Shown here piece by piece: positions 37,859 to 47,006 of a DNA stretch of 64,000 bases. Origin of the DNA: Candidatus Woesebacteria bacterium GW2011_GWB1_38_8b. Its GTDB lineage: Bacteria; Patescibacteriota; Microgenomatia; UBA8517. The position numbers were made by a program, and so were the translations under genes. The notes under the pieces were generated by a model that ran no database searches, was not told the origin of the DNA, and saw only the letters and a program-made list of their open reading frames with translations. How positions within the stretch are numbered: the first letter of the stretch is position 1; every line of letters starts with the position of its first letter. The stretch covers positions 1,099 to 65,098 of the forward strand of contig LBVN01000008.1 of assembly GCA_000993115.1 (NCBI GenBank), written 5' to 3'.

Positions 37859-38761
37859 ATGAAATTTTTAGTTTCGTTAGTTTTGTCATTTTTTTCTATT
37901 ATAATAATTACCGTTGCTTTAGTTAACATAAACCGGGATGCAACGAAACCAAGTCTGGTTTTGGGTCAGATTGTTACCACAACTCCAACTCCTACAAAAA
38001 ATTTGAATGCGGTAAAAATTTCTGATCAGGAACTACCTTTATTGACCGCACAATCTGCGGTAGTCTTGGATATAAAAAGTAAAAAACTACTTTTAGATAA
38101 AAACTCCACTCTACGACTTTATCCAGCATCAACTACAAAACTCGCAACTGCAATTGTGGCTATGGATTATTACCCATTGGATCGCGTCTTAAAAGTTGAT
38201 GGTGTAAAAGTTGAAGGTCAGAAAATGAAACTTCTGGAAGGCGAATCCATTACGGTAGCTGATCTGATTCGGGGACTTTTAATGTTTAGCGCGAATGATG
38301 CCGCTGAGGTTCTTGCAAACAGTTTTCCCGGAGGTAAGGCAAACTTTGTTACTGCCATGAATTTAAAAGTCAGTCAGCTTGATCTGGCAGACACGGTTTT
38401 TGAGAACCCGACGGGTCTTGATAATGAAAACCAATATACGACAGCATTTGATCTTGCGAAGATGGCGAATTACGCAATAGAGAGGCCGTTTATCGCCCAA
38501 ACCGTACGGACAAAAAAAGCGATTGTTACTAGTACGGACAGAAAAGTAATTCATAACTTGACCAATATAAACGAGCTTTTAGGCGTAGTCCCCGGGGTCT
38601 TAGGAATCAAAACCGGTTGGACAGAAAACGCAAAGGAAAATTTAGTCACTTATATTGAGCGTGATAATGGAAAGCTGATAATTGTTGTACTTGGGAGTGA
38701 CGACCGTTTTGGAGAAACCAAAAAAATAATTGACTGGGTTTTCGAAAGCTACAAATTTTAA
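37859..38761 (+). CDS. D-alanyl-D-alanine carboxypeptidase (peptidase S11, PBP5-like)
   Basis: SxxK (ASTTKL), SxN (SAND) and KTG (IKTGWT) motifs, with an N-terminal anchor. Confidence 0.85.
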   Translation: MKFLVSLVLSFFSIIIITVALVNINRDATKPSLVLGQIVTTTPTPTKNLNAVKISDQELPLLTAQSAVVLDIKSKKLLLDKNSTLRLYPASTTKLATAIVAMDYYPLDRVLKVDGVKVEGQKMKLLEGESITVADLIRGLLMFSANDAAEVLANSFPGGKANFVTAMNLKVSQLDLADTVFENPTGLDNENQYTTAFDLAKMANYAIERPFIAQTVRTKKAIVTSTDRKVIHNLTNINELLGVVPGVLGIKTGWTENAKENLVTYIERDNGKLIIVVLGSDDRFGETKKIIDWVFESYKF

Positions 38762-38767
38762 AAACTA

Positions 38768-39817
38768 TTACTTATCACCGTAATACTCATCAGTCACAGC
38801 CGGAAGTACTGCAAAGAAATTATTATCACCTTCAAATACAGCAACAGGTTGGTAATATGATGCAGATTGACCCGGATCGTAATATGAAAGGTAAATACGT
38901 CTGATTACTATTTCCCCTTTTTGATTTTGCGGGTTAATAATGAAAGCTTTTCCCTCTCCCAATTCCTTCCAGAGAATTTCCGAGGTTTTCAACGGATACG
39001 TTGCCGATTTGGTTTCATCAATAGGAAAATAATGGTATTCACCCAGGACGACATCTTCGCCGTTAGTTATGAACCAAACATTTGATTCCGGATAGTCCGG
39101 AGTTATGCTTCCAAAAGTAGACTTCCCAAATTCTATTTTTTTCCGGAAATAGTTTACTTTGACAAAATCAGCCTCGGATAGCGAAATTGCTTCTTTAAGT
39201 GTCCCTCCTTCAACCCGGATTAGTTGGGTTATGGGATCGCCGCTTAGATCCTCGGTATATAACTCTGCCTTTTGTAAAAATGCGGTCACATCAGTTATTG
39301 ATTTTTCCTGTGATGATGGTTTTATTTGAAGGACGGTCGTATCCGAAGCCAGATCATAGCTTACAGAAAAGGTACCCGAAATAATATTCATGGTTAGTAT
39401 AGCCGTTGAATCTTTTTTCTTGAAAATATATACATTGGGAATATTTTCTATAATGTTTTGTCCATCGACGCTGAATTTTAATTTTTGTGCTTTGTCTTTC
39501 GCATCGTTAAAGGCGTTAATTTTAGGTGTTACAGGCGGCATTACAAAAACAGGTAACTGCTCAGCCAATTTTGTAAGACTTGCATCCGGTGTTTCCAATT
39601 TGTAAGTTACATTGGCTAGTGGTTCCATAGGAAATGGAATTTTGGGAAGTTTACCAAACGCAACGGTTGGAGGTGGAGGAGCAGGAGGAAAGAATTTTCT
39701 ATAAAGAGTGATTGCCGTTTGAACGGCAAATCGTACAAGAAAAAAAAGGGTTATAGAATATACACCATATCGAACCACCTTCCTGGCTGTTATTGAAACA
39801 GTTGTTAGCGGAGTCAT
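38768..39817 (-). CDS. hypothetical membrane-anchored extracytoplasmic protein
   Basis: 349 aa with an N-terminal TM, a proline run (PPAPPPPT) and a beta-rich ectodomain. No family recognised. Confidence 0.6.
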   Translation of the reverse strand: MTPLTTVSITARKVVRYGVYSITLFFLVRFAVQTAITLYRKFFPPAPPPPTVAFGKLPKIPFPMEPLANVTYKLETPDASLTKLAEQLPVFVMPPVTPKINAFNDAKDKAQKLKFSVDGQNIIENIPNVYIFKKKDSTAILTMNIISGTFSVSYDLASDTTVLQIKPSSQEKSITDVTAFLQKAELYTEDLSGDPITQLIRVEGGTLKEAISLSEADFVKVNYFRKKIEFGKSTFGSITPDYPESNVWFITNGEDVVLGEYHYFPIDETKSATYPLKTSEILWKELGEGKAFIINPQNQKGEIVIRRIYLSYYDPGQSASYYQPVAVFEGDNNFFAVLPAVTDEYYGDK

Positions 39818-39893
39818 GATTATTTCATTATAGTTTGGTAACTATCAAATTCCAAATGCTAAAAAGCCCCTCAAGTGTTAAAATCTCTTAGAT

Positions 39894-41228
39894 ATGGAAG
39901 GAAAAGTCAGAACCCGCTTTGCCCCAAGCCCGACAGGATTTTTGCATATAGGTAGCCTTAGAACTGCGTTATATGCATATGCACTAGCGAAGAAAAACAA
40001 CGGGGATTATGTTTTGAGAGTCGAAGACACAGATCAAAAAAGAGAAGTTAAAGGAGCAGTGGAGGCGCTAAAGGAGACACTGTTGAAATTCAATCTCAAA
40101 TGGGACGAGTATTATGTTCAGTCTGAAAGACTGGAAAAATATAAGGAAGCGGCTGAAAAATTAGTTGCTGAGGGCCATGCGTTTTATTGTGAGTGCAAAG
40201 CTAAAAATGCAAAGGAAGAGGGTTTTTCCGCAGAGCTTCGGGATCCCTGCAGAGATAAAAAATTGACCTCCGGTGCAATAAAATTGAAAGTTCCGGAGGG
40301 GGAAACCTTAGCATATTTTGATTTTGTTCATAAAAAAGAAATCAGCTGGAATTCCGAGACTGTGTATGATGCGACTCTGCTTAAGTCTGATGGATTTCCA
40401 ACATATCATCTAGCAGTTGCTGTGGATGATATCGATATGAAAATTTCCCATATAATCCGTGGTCACGATTGGCTCCCGAGCACACCAATACACCTTTTGG
40501 TTTTTAAATATTTGGGAGGTCCTATTCCTGCAATCGGGCATCCCACAGATATTTTATCGGGAGAAACCGGTAAAAAACTTTCCAAAAGACGTGATTCAGT
40601 TTTCGTTGAACAATTTTTGAAAGATGGATATTTACCCGAAAGTTTAATCAACTTTATTCTTCTTTTGGGGTGGGCTCCAAAAGATAACAGAGAGTTATTT
40701 ACATTGGAAGAATTTGTTGGAAATTTTGACATTAACGGCTTTCAGGAGGCAAACCCGAAATTTTCGATTGAAAAATTAAACTGGTTCAATGGATATTATA
40801 TTAGAAAGAAATCTGATGACGAACTTCTTGTTCTTTTAAAACCATATTTACCTGAAAATGCTGATTTCGAAAAGGTAAAGCAAATTATTCCTCTAATTAA
40901 AGATAGATTAATTAAACTTTCGGATTTTTCAACCTTTGCGGAATTTTTTTTCGATTATAAAAAACCGGATATGAAACTGTTTGGAGAAAATTATAAAAAA
41001 CATCTGGAAACTGCCTTTAAAATTATTGAGTCAACTGAACCTTTTGATTTAGAATCATTAAATTCGAAATTAATGGTGGTTGTGAAAGATAATAATTTTA
41101 AAACCGGAGAGTTTTTCATGGATCTTCGTATTGCAGTAGCAGGAAGTAAATTTACTCCTCCCATCAATGAATCAATTGTGATTTTGGGAAAAGAAGAAAC
41201 CCTGAAAAGATTAAGAGAATTTGTTTAA
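39894..41228 (+). CDS. gltX: glutamyl-tRNA synthetase
   Basis: RFAPSPTGFLHIGSLRTA (HIGH) and KLSKR (KMSKS). 444 aa. Confidence 0.9.
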   Translation: MEGKVRTRFAPSPTGFLHIGSLRTALYAYALAKKNNGDYVLRVEDTDQKREVKGAVEALKETLLKFNLKWDEYYVQSERLEKYKEAAEKLVAEGHAFYCECKAKNAKEEGFSAELRDPCRDKKLTSGAIKLKVPEGETLAYFDFVHKKEISWNSETVYDATLLKSDGFPTYHLAVAVDDIDMKISHIIRGHDWLPSTPIHLLVFKYLGGPIPAIGHPTDILSGETGKKLSKRRDSVFVEQFLKDGYLPESLINFILLLGWAPKDNRELFTLEEFVGNFDINGFQEANPKFSIEKLNWFNGYYIRKKSDDELLVLLKPYLPENADFEKVKQIIPLIKDRLIKLSDFSTFAEFFFDYKKPDMKLFGENYKKHLETAFKIIESTEPFDLESLNSKLMVVVKDNNFKTGEFFMDLRIAVAGSKFTPPINESIVILGKEETLKRLREFV

Positions 41229-41233
41229 GAGAA

Positions 41234-42196
41234 ATGAAAGGAAAACTGCCCACACAAACATATCATAAAATTGCAAAAAATCAGATTGATTATGATGTCT
41301 TGCGTAACCGTCTTAAACTAAAACACTTGGAAGAAATAAGTACCCTTTATAATAAGCACCCCCATGTAAAAAAATATTTTGACTACAAAAAACTGGATTT
41401 AAAAAATATCAGGGAACATTCTGCAAAGATTATTGGAGCGGGAGCTGTATTTGGAGCTCTTCTTCTTGCTCCTCCTGATAATTCGAAAGCTTTGCCGACA
41501 CCTTACGCACTTATTGAGAAGTTGGATAATTCACGCGAAAGCGGACTTGATAAATTTTTAATAGATACGTTTAAAGACATATTGCCGGATAAAGTTAGAC
41601 CATTAACCCAGGGTGAAGAAAAATTGTTGGAGCAGATTTTTTACAATTCTGTTGGAATAAAAGTTAATGCTAACCTCGAAGGAGAGCATTTAAATACAAC
41701 CTACGGTTTAATCGGAGCAGAACAGCATTTAGTCCGCTACCCTGGGGATAAATTACAAAATCATGGAACTGGACCGGATTTAGCCTCGGGAATGGCTCCC
41801 GGACGCGGAGCATGGGGTTATTTTGCTACAAATGCTGCGCAATTAAGCGATGACTTAGTAGAAAAAGAAAAATGGTACGCAGTTGTGCAAACTCTTTATC
41901 TGCCAGACTGGAACACCCGCCAGCCGTATATAAAAAATTGGTATAAATACAGAAAAGTTATGATTGTAAATACAAACAATGCAAAGGCAGTTATTGCAAC
42001 AGTCGCTGATTCCGGTCCGGCAGCCTGGACAGGAAAACATTTTGGCGGAAGCCCTGAAGTCATGAATTATTTAGGCGGGTTAAAATATAAAAAAGGACCG
42101 GTGCTTGTATTTTTTGTAGATGATCCCGAAAATAAGATACCTCTAGGTCCTGTGGAATACAATAAAACTAACGAGTATTTAACAAAATTAAACTAA
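41234..42196 (+). CDS. hypothetical secreted protein, possible RlpA/3D-like double-psi beta-barrel C-terminus
   Basis: One TM near residue 65. The C-terminal VMIVNTNNAKAVIATVADSGPAAWTGKHFGGSPEVMNYLG resembles DPBB lytic-transglycosylase-like folds (weak, from memory). Confidence 0.5.
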   Translation: MKGKLPTQTYHKIAKNQIDYDVLRNRLKLKHLEEISTLYNKHPHVKKYFDYKKLDLKNIREHSAKIIGAGAVFGALLLAPPDNSKALPTPYALIEKLDNSRESGLDKFLIDTFKDILPDKVRPLTQGEEKLLEQIFYNSVGIKVNANLEGEHLNTTYGLIGAEQHLVRYPGDKLQNHGTGPDLASGMAPGRGAWGYFATNAAQLSDDLVEKEKWYAVVQTLYLPDWNTRQPYIKNWYKYRKVMIVNTNNAKAVIATVADSGPAAWTGKHFGGSPEVMNYLGGLKYKKGPVLVFFVDDPENKIPLGPVEYNKTNEYLTKLN

Positions 42197-42197
42197 T

Positions 42198-42518
42198 ATG
42201 ATGCTGTACTACGATCACCTTGTTGTTTTTACAAAAGTTGAGAAACATTTGAAAAAAATTAATGTCAATGATGATGAGAAAAGTGAAATATGGAAATTGA
42301 TAGATGAGATGGTTCATCATAGAGCACTGACTACGGTTTTGAATAAACTTCCTTTTGAGGAGCACAATGAATTTTTAGACCGATTTCATAGAGCACCACA
42401 TGACATAGCGATAATTGAGTATGTAAATTCGAAAGTTGGGAGTGATATTACAAAAGATCTTCAAAAAGATTTTGAAAAACTGGAAAAGGAAATATTAGAC
42501 TTATTATCAAATGGATAA
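42198..42518 (+). CDS. hypothetical helical protein
   Basis: 106-aa acidic ORF coupled to the next gene by an 8-nt overlap. Confidence 0.5.
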   Translation: MMLYYDHLVVFTKVEKHLKKINVNDDEKSEIWKLIDEMVHHRALTTVLNKLPFEEHNEFLDRFHRAPHDIAIIEYVNSKVGSDITKDLQKDFEKLEKEILDLLSNG

Positions 42519-42834
42519 GAACTATGGTGGAGTAATTTGGACAAATCACGCGCTTTCGCGTCTTCGTGAGCGAGGAATCAGCCAAGGTGATGCATGGGCG
42601 ACGTTTAATAGACCCGATTTTTCAAGATATGCAAAAAGCCAAAATGCTTACGTATATTACAAAATTTATAATGATGAGAAAATCGAGGTAGTTGCCAAAA
42701 AAAATGAAAAAGGCCAGTGGTTGATTCTTTCTGTCTGGTCAAAAAATGCAGAGAAAGATGGAAAATTCCTTAAGAAAGGTAATTATTTTACAAATGTGAT
42801 AACCAGATTTTTAGATAAGTTCAGGAAAAATTAA
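42511..42834 (+). CDS. DUF4258-like small protein (toxin-like fold, tentative)
   Basis: WTNHALSRLRERGIS ... EVVAKKNEKGQWLILSVW matches the DUF4258 pattern as I recall it. Confidence 0.5.
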   Translation: MDKNYGGVIWTNHALSRLRERGISQGDAWATFNRPDFSRYAKSQNAYVYYKIYNDEKIEVVAKKNEKGQWLILSVWSKNAEKDGKFLKKGNYFTNVITRFLDKFRKN

Positions 42835-43598
42835 CTTGGTTTTTTAAACAAATAAGTAATTATAAAAATAATTACGCAGGTTATTACGACAATCGGACCA
42901 ACAGGAAGAGATAGAACATATGCAAGTGGAATTCCTATTATTGCCGATAAAATTCCAAAAGTCACAGACGTTAAAAAATAAGACTTCATGCTTCGCGAAA
43001 TATTTTTTGCGGCGACCGCCGGGATAATTACAAGGGCTCCGGTAAGAAGTGTTCCGACAAATTTAATTCCAAGAGAAGCTATCACACCGACCGCTAATAG
43101 ATAAATCAAATTTACTATATTTATATTTATTTTTTGGGCTTTTGACAACTCTTCGGAGATTACACCGATTATCAATTTATTAATAATTTTGTAGATTACA
43201 AAACTTACGATAATTGAAATAATAATTGTCACCAATCCTTCCGCGTAGCCAATTTTTTCGATATCCCCAAACAAAGCTTCGAGTAAATCCAATTCGTCCG
43301 TAATTAAAACTCCTATTGCCAAGCTTGCGGTAAAAAATATGCCTACTAAAGCCTCCGGATAATTATCGGAATTTTTCTCCAAGTACCAAATTCCCAAAAC
43401 TGCAAGTGTGAGAGCCGTGAAAGCGCCCAAAATAGGTGAGATGTTTAAACTAAGTGCTATCGCGATTCCCGGAAGTGCAACATGGGAAAGGGCATCGCCT
43501 ACAAGCGACATTCTCTTAAGAACCATTATTGAACCGACATAAGCAGAAGCTGCAGCTACGAATCCTCCAACAATTGTTAAAAATAATAAATTTTCCAT
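42831..43598 (-). CDS. metal ABC transporter permease (ABC-3 family, ZnuB/MntB-like)
   Basis: 255 aa with ~8 TM segments. It is a paralog of the 61669-62439 gene. Confidence 0.85.
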   Translation of the reverse strand: MENLLFLTIVGGFVAAASAYVGSIMVLKRMSLVGDALSHVALPGIAIALSLNISPILGAFTALTLAVLGIWYLEKNSDNYPEALVGIFFTASLAIGVLITDELDLLEALFGDIEKIGYAEGLVTIIISIIVSFVIYKIINKLIIGVISEELSKAQKININIVNLIYLLAVGVIASLGIKFVGTLLTGALVIIPAVAAKNISRSMKSYFLTSVTFGILSAIIGIPLAYVLSLPVGPIVVITCVIIFIITYLFKKPS

Positions 43599-43601
43599 AA
43601 T

Positions 43602-44321
43602 TTAGTGATGATGCTCGTGATGATAAATCGATGCGCCCCGTCCAAATAATTCATCGAGCGTCTTTTTAGTAAATACTTCCTGAGGAGGACCATAACAGAC
43701 TTTTTCTTTATTTAAACAAAGTACGATTGAGGTATATTTCCGTACAATTTCGAGCTCGTGAGAAATTAAAACTATCGTCATTCCTGTTTTTTCTTTTAGT
43801 TTATTAAGTGTTTCATAAATTGTTTCCTCACCCACAACATCAACGCCGGATGTCGGTTCATCAAATAAAAGCACATCGGGATTTCCGATTAATGCCCAAG
43901 CGATGATTACCCGCTGTAGCTCACCGCCGGAAAGCTCACCGAGAAGATTTTTTAAAATGTGTTTGTTTGGGCTTTGGATGTGTCCAACTCTTTGAAGCAG
44001 TCCTACGGAATTTAAAGCGTCTTCAATCTCGCTATTTTTTGCATTTTTTAATTTAAAAAATTCCTCCGTAGTTAACGGTAAATCGCTGTCAACATAAAAC
44101 CTCTGAGGCACATACCCGATTTTTAAATTCGGTGCCCATATTACCTCTCCTTCATAATCGGTCAATCCTGTAATTGCCTGAAAAAGTGTGGTTTTGCCGG
44201 CACCGTTTGGTCCGACCACAGCCAAAGTTTCCCCTTTGTACAGGGTAAAACTCAAGTCGTCTATGATTTTATGGTGAAATTTTTTTACCGTAAGTCCTTT
44301 AATTTCTAAAATTTTGTCCAT
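43602..44321 (-). CDS. metal ABC transporter ATP-binding protein (ZnuC-like) with His-rich tail
   Basis: Walker A GPNGAGKTT, signature LSGGELQRV, Walker B LLFDEPTSGVD, and C-terminal YHHEHHH. Confidence 0.85.
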   Translation of the reverse strand: MDKILEIKGLTVKKFHHKIIDDLSFTLYKGETLAVVGPNGAGKTTLFQAITGLTDYEGEVIWAPNLKIGYVPQRFYVDSDLPLTTEEFFKLKNAKNSEIEDALNSVGLLQRVGHIQSPNKHILKNLLGELSGGELQRVIIAWALIGNPDVLLFDEPTSGVDVVGEETIYETLNKLKEKTGMTIVLISHELEIVRKYTSIVLCLNKEKVCYGPPQEVFTKKTLDELFGRGASIYHHEHHH

Positions 44322-44540
44322 TTTACCTCGTGATAATAGTATATTTGACGGGTATTAATAATCAATTGGCATATCGGATGGATTTTCTGTATAATGGGTT
44401 TACAAATTAATTTACTTTAGTCCTTTGGCCTTTTGGCTTATGGGCTGAAACGCACTTTGTTTCTTGTGACTCATTTCCCCCGAAATAGTCCAGGCAGTCA
44501 GTAGCGTAAAATTTGTTGAGGAAATGGAGGTGAGAAAATA

Positions 44541-44885
44541 ATGGCATCAAAACTTTTTGTTGGGGGATTGTCATGGGGCACAACAGACGACAAGTTGCGC
44601 GAACTCTTCGCACAAGCTGGAACTGTAGTCTCTGCAACAGTCATCACCGATAAATACACAGGAAAATCAAAAGGATTTGGTTTTGTCGAATTTGCATCTG
44701 AAGAAGAAGCAAAAGCTGCTGTTGAAAAATTCAATGGCACAGAATTTGACGGAAGATCTATTACCGTCAATGAAGCAAGACCGTTGGTTCCTAGAGATAA
44801 CCAAGGCGGAGGCGGATACGGCGGAGGACGCAGTGATAACCGTGGCCGAGGAGGTGATCGAGGAGGCAGCAGAAACAGATATTAA
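44541..44885 (+). CDS. RRM-type RNA-binding protein with Gly/Arg-rich tail
   Basis: RNP-2 KLFVGGL and RNP-1 KGFGFVEF, with tail [26 protein letters not shown]. Strong GGAGGTGA RBS. Confidence 0.9.
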   Translation: MASKLFVGGLSWGTTDDKLRELFAQAGTVVSATVITDKYTGKSKGFGFVEFASEEEAKAAVEKFNGTEFDGRSITVNEARPLVPRDNQGGGGYGGGRSDNRGRGGDRGGSRNRY

Positions 44886-44897
44886 AAATCTGTAAGT

Positions 44898-45000
44898 AAA
44901 CAGGGCATTGTATTTTTTGTCATGCTGAATTTCTTCAGCATCTGACAGTATTCTGGGTAAATTCAGAATGATATTGGGTACATTTGCCCTGTTTTTTGGT
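44898..45000 (+). terminator. compound 3' structure: 10-bp closing stem around two internal hairpins, then a T-run
   Basis: AAACAGGGCA (44898-44907) pairs with TGCCCTGTTT (44985-44994). Inner hairpins are ATGCTGAA/TTCAGCAT (44922-44941) and ATTCTG/CAGAAT (44950-44968). GTTTTTTGGTTTTT follows. Confidence 0.5.
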
Positions 45001-45113
45001 TTTTAAGTTTATTTTAAGCAAATTGAGTATAATCTAAAATTGTATGAGAATTTTGGTGGTGGAGGATGATCATAATCGAACTTGTTATACAAGTTCTCAT
45101 TGATCAAGTTATT

Positions 45114-45791
45114 ATGAGAATACTAATTGTAGAAGATGATCATAAAATTGCCCAATCTATTAAAAAAGGATTGGAGCAGGAAGGATATGCTGTTGATATA
45201 ACTTTTGATGGTGAGGATGCGTATGATTTTCTGACGACTGAAAGTTACGAGTTGGTCGTTCTTGATTTGATGCTTCCTGGAATCGATGGGGTGACACTTT
45301 GTAAAAAACTTCGTGAGGAAGGCAACCACATTGCAATATTGATGTTGACGGCAAAAGGGGCAGTTGGAGATAAAGTTGATGGCTTAAATTCCGGCGCCGA
45401 CGATTATTTAACTAAACCCTTTGCTTTTGCCGAGCTTGTTGCAAGAGTTAAGGCTCTGACGCGAAGACCTCGCGAAACGCTAAATCCGATCCTTTCTTTC
45501 GGAGAGTTGACTTTAAATACTTCGACCTACGAAGTAAAAAGGAGCGGAGTTGATGTTAATCTTTCAAGAAAAGAATTTGCACTTTTGGAATATCTGCTTC
45601 GTCATAAGGGTAAAGTTGTAACAAAGGAACAAATTATTGCAAGTATTTGGAATTACGATGACGATATATTGCCAAACACTGTTGAGGTTTTTGTAGGATT
45701 TTTAAGAGCAAAAATTGAAAAGCCGTTCAAAAAATTAAAGCCCATTATAAAAACGGTCAGAGGATTTGGGTATAAGATAGATTTAAACTGA
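45114..45791 (+). CDS. OmpR-family response regulator
   Basis: True start MRILIVEDD at 45114. Receiver LVVLDLMLPGIDG and a wHTH output domain ending in TVRGFGYKI. Confidence 0.9.
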   Translation: MRILIVEDDHKIAQSIKKGLEQEGYAVDITFDGEDAYDFLTTESYELVVLDLMLPGIDGVTLCKKLREEGNHIAILMLTAKGAVGDKVDGLNSGADDYLTKPFAFAELVARVKALTRRPRETLNPILSFGELTLNTSTYEVKRSGVDVNLSRKEFALLEYLLRHKGKVVTKEQIIASIWNYDDDILPNTVEVFVGFLRAKIEKPFKKLKPIIKTVRGFGYKIDLN

Positions 45792-45795
45792 AAAA

Positions 45796-46839
45796 ATGTT
45801 TACAAAAGCCAGAATTAAACTTACAACTTATTACCTGATAATAATCATGTTTGTAAGTCTTCTTTTTAGCTTACTAGCTTATCGCGGGTCTGTTTATGAA
45901 ATTTGGCGGGGACTGCGACTTCAAGGTAACAATTTACCAAGCAGTGTTTTAGAAAATATTAAAGACGAAGTTGATAACGCGCCGGCACCGTTTGGTATTT
46001 TTTATGGACCGGTACAGTTAGGGCGAATTATCGACCGTGAGATTTATGAAGAAGCAAGAAAAAGAGTAGTTATTAATCTTATTTATATTAATTTGGCTGT
46101 TTTAATTACGGCAGGAGTAGGGGGCTATATTTTGGCCGGAGTAACACTTAAGCCTATTGAGGAAGTATTGGAAGAGCACAAGCGCTTTGTGTCAGATGCA
46201 TCACATGAATTAAGAACCCCGCTAACATCTCTTAAAACGGAAATTGAGGTTTCTCTTCGCGATAAAAAAATGACTTTAGACGACGCAAGGAAAATACTTC
46301 GAAGTAACTTAGAAGATGTTGATAAAATTCAAGATCTGACCTCTTACCTTCTAACGCTTTCTCGATATGAAAAAAATGCTCCACACAATTTTCAACAAGT
46401 TGATTTGGCAGAAATTGCAGTAGGGGTTATAAAGAAATCACAAAAAACTGCGGCTTTGAAAAAAATAAATATTACGTCTGAACTGGTGAATACGAGAATA
46501 AAAGGAAACCTTGTAGCTTTGACTGAGTTAGTCCAAATTTTAGTGGATAATGCTATTAAGTACACTAATAACGGTGGTGCAATAAATATCATTACAAAAA
46601 GAACTGCCAGAAGTTCGAAATTAATTGTTTCTGACAATGGTATTGGAATTTCGAAATCAGATTTACCCCATATTTTTGATAGGTTTTATAGGGCGGACCA
46701 GTCAAGAAATAAAAACGAAATATCCGGATTTGGATTGGGACTTTCTATTGCAAAAAAAATTGCAAATCTACATTCAGCCTCAATCAGGGTTGAAAGTAAA
46801 CCAGGTAAAGGCTCAACTTTTACGGCCAACTTTTCATAA
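45796..46839 (+). CDS. sensor histidine kinase (two TM, small external loop)
   Basis: H-box SDASHELRTPLTSL, with NAIKYT, DNGIGI and GFGLGLSIAKKI. Confidence 0.9.
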   Translation: MFTKARIKLTTYYLIIIMFVSLLFSLLAYRGSVYEIWRGLRLQGNNLPSSVLENIKDEVDNAPAPFGIFYGPVQLGRIIDREIYEEARKRVVINLIYINLAVLITAGVGGYILAGVTLKPIEEVLEEHKRFVSDASHELRTPLTSLKTEIEVSLRDKKMTLDDARKILRSNLEDVDKIQDLTSYLLTLSRYEKNAPHNFQQVDLAEIAVGVIKKSQKTAALKKINITSELVNTRIKGNLVALTELVQILVDNAIKYTNNGGAINIITKRTARSSKLIVSDNGIGISKSDLPHIFDRFYRADQSRNKNEISGFGLGLSIAKKIANLHSASIRVESKPGKGSTFTANFS

Positions 46840-46871
46840 CCCTCTTCACTTTAAGCTTTTTTTAAGAAAGT

Positions 46872-46906
46872 AACTGTAAATTTATATTATTAAATTACAG
46901 TTTTGA
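46872..46906 (+). terminator. AT-rich hairpin (AACTGTAA.../...TTACAGTT) followed by TTTTG
   Basis: 8-bp perfect outer arms extended by A/T pairs, starting 33 nt after the kinase stop. Confidence 0.4.
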
Positions 46907-46916
46907 TTATGGACTT

Positions 46917-46999
46917 GGGGCCCTCCTAATCTTACCTCAAGTTTTTGGGTACTATTCGTACGCGACTTGAGGAGCGATTATAGGAGGGTAAAAAGGAGG
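46917..46999 (+). promoter_or_regulatory. long 5'-leader hairpin whose CCCTCCT strand can pair either with GGAGGG (46983-46988) or with the true SD AGGAGG (46994-46999)
   Basis: CCCTCCTAATC (46921-31) pairs with GATTATAGGAGGG (46976-88). CCTCAAGT (46935-42) pairs with ACTTGAGG (46965-72). The SD and the ATG at 47007 follow immediately. Confidence 0.45.
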
Positions 47000-47006
47000 T
47001 GAAAAG

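Noticed and set aside
44407-44895. Three extra ORFs (two minus-strand, one plus-strand alternative frame) over the RRM-protein gene
   Set aside because: They are shadows of a gene with unmistakable RNP-1/RNP-2 motifs and a strong RBS. The long open alternative frames come from the GGN/CGN-rich tail.
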